A DNA stretch of 64,000 nucleotides, taken from NCBI GenBank assembly GCA_964035545.1, contig OZ037773.1, positions 7,965,751 through 8,029,750 on the forward strand, written 5' to 3'. Positions within the stretch are counted from its first letter, which is position 1, and every line of letters begins with the position of its first letter. Below the pieces are notes generated by a model. It was given only the letters and a program-made list of their open reading frames with translations, had not been told where the DNA came from and did not search any database. Both the position numbers and the translations under genes were made by a program. Positions 63,501-64,000 of this stretch are shown here, in pieces. The DNA comes from Bugula neritina (lineage: Eukaryota > Animalia > Bryozoa).

Positions 63501-63568
63501 TGAGATATTAAAAGATGTGTATGGTGTGGCTAACCCTGGGGAGATGGTAGCTATTATGGGTCCTTCTG
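57530..63568 (+). CDS. ABCG: ABCG half-transporter, paralog C, first two coding exons (continues beyond the window)
   Basis: Exon 57530-57582 (MEPEMSGTENKGYTETQP, homologous to B exon 1 [18 protein letters not shown]) and exon 63411-63568 ([52 protein letters not shown]); phases are compatible. Confidence 0.85.
60420..60712 (-). mobile_element. Degenerate tRNA-derived SINE-like sequence with two tRNA-like heads
   Basis: Minus strand reads GTGTGTAATGGTTAGCGCACCTGTGTGCAAGTCCGAGGTC (~60705-60666) and TGTAATGTAGTGGTGAGTGCGCCTGCTTGCAGGCTGAAGGTC (~60476-60435). A-box-like motifs are present, B-boxes are decayed, and the patch is GC-rich within an AT-rich intron. Confidence 0.45.
61060..61325. repeat. 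~21-22-bp minisatellite (AAGATCACCATTGAACATAAAT-like), ~12 units
   Basis: Directly visible in ABCG-C intron 1. Confidence 0.9.
61790..62495. repeat. Diverged ~250-bp direct duplication (~61790-62046 and ~62255-62491)
   Basis: Shared blocks include GCCCAACACTGTATGAGATGAGAA and TGACTTGTTTACAGGC about 445-465 bp apart. Confidence 0.75.
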
Positions 63569-64000
63569 GTAACCTTCTACTTCAAGTTTATATTTAGTTG
63601 TGGCTATAGTACCCCAGTGACCTGGGTTGATCTGCAACCTTCATATAGTGAAGCATTTGGGTGTAGTTATACTTTTGTGACATCCAAATTAGCCTAGAAT
63701 ATGTGTACTTTAAGTTGTTGCTGTTAGACCTGTCCTGATCTAAGTATTCTAACTTTTTACCAAGCTTATTCAGCTATTGTTAGTACTGCTACGCCTCAGG
63801 TAGCTTGGGGTATCTAGTTGTAGTATTTGTTATACATACACCTGATGTAGCCTGAACTGGTTAAATCTAACTCGGAATCTGCAGTTATATATATGACATT
63901 TGAAGTGAAGAGCCAAGTTGACCTTCATGTATGCTGCTTTAGCATTGATTGTACTCCGGTTCAGCCATTTTATTTTATAGTTGACAAATTTGCAAAATGT

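Overview
AT-rich, intron-rich eukaryotic DNA, most likely an invertebrate animal (inferred from gene content and GT-AG introns). There are no prokaryotic features, rRNA or CRISPR arrays. All gene models were spliced by hand and close in frame. In order, the window holds: (1) the 3' part of a DH-domain RhoGEF (+) with no PH domain and a tail of nine S-P-x-K/R repeats, whose last coding exon appears to overlap tail-to-tail with (2) an ENT3/SLC29A3-like equilibrative nucleoside transporter (-, 12 coding exons, ~457 aa); (3) a dead ISL2EU (PIF/Harbinger-related) DNA transposon rebuilt with ~1085-bp near-perfect inverted arms; (4) an unrecognised single-pass membrane protein (+, ~228 aa); (5) a secreted non-animal-type (APX/CcP/plant superfamily) heme peroxidase (-, 11 exons, ~367 aa) with an Arg/Gly-rich N-terminal segment and the distal Arg replaced by Gln; (6) three ABCG half-transporter paralogs (one -, two +, the third running off the window) with mosaic similarity. 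There are also tRNA-derived SINE copies, a palindromic hairpin element and many intronic mini/microsatellites. The most notable items are the atypical peroxidase, the foldback transposon, the convergent CDS overlap and the RhoGEF phospho-repeat tail.
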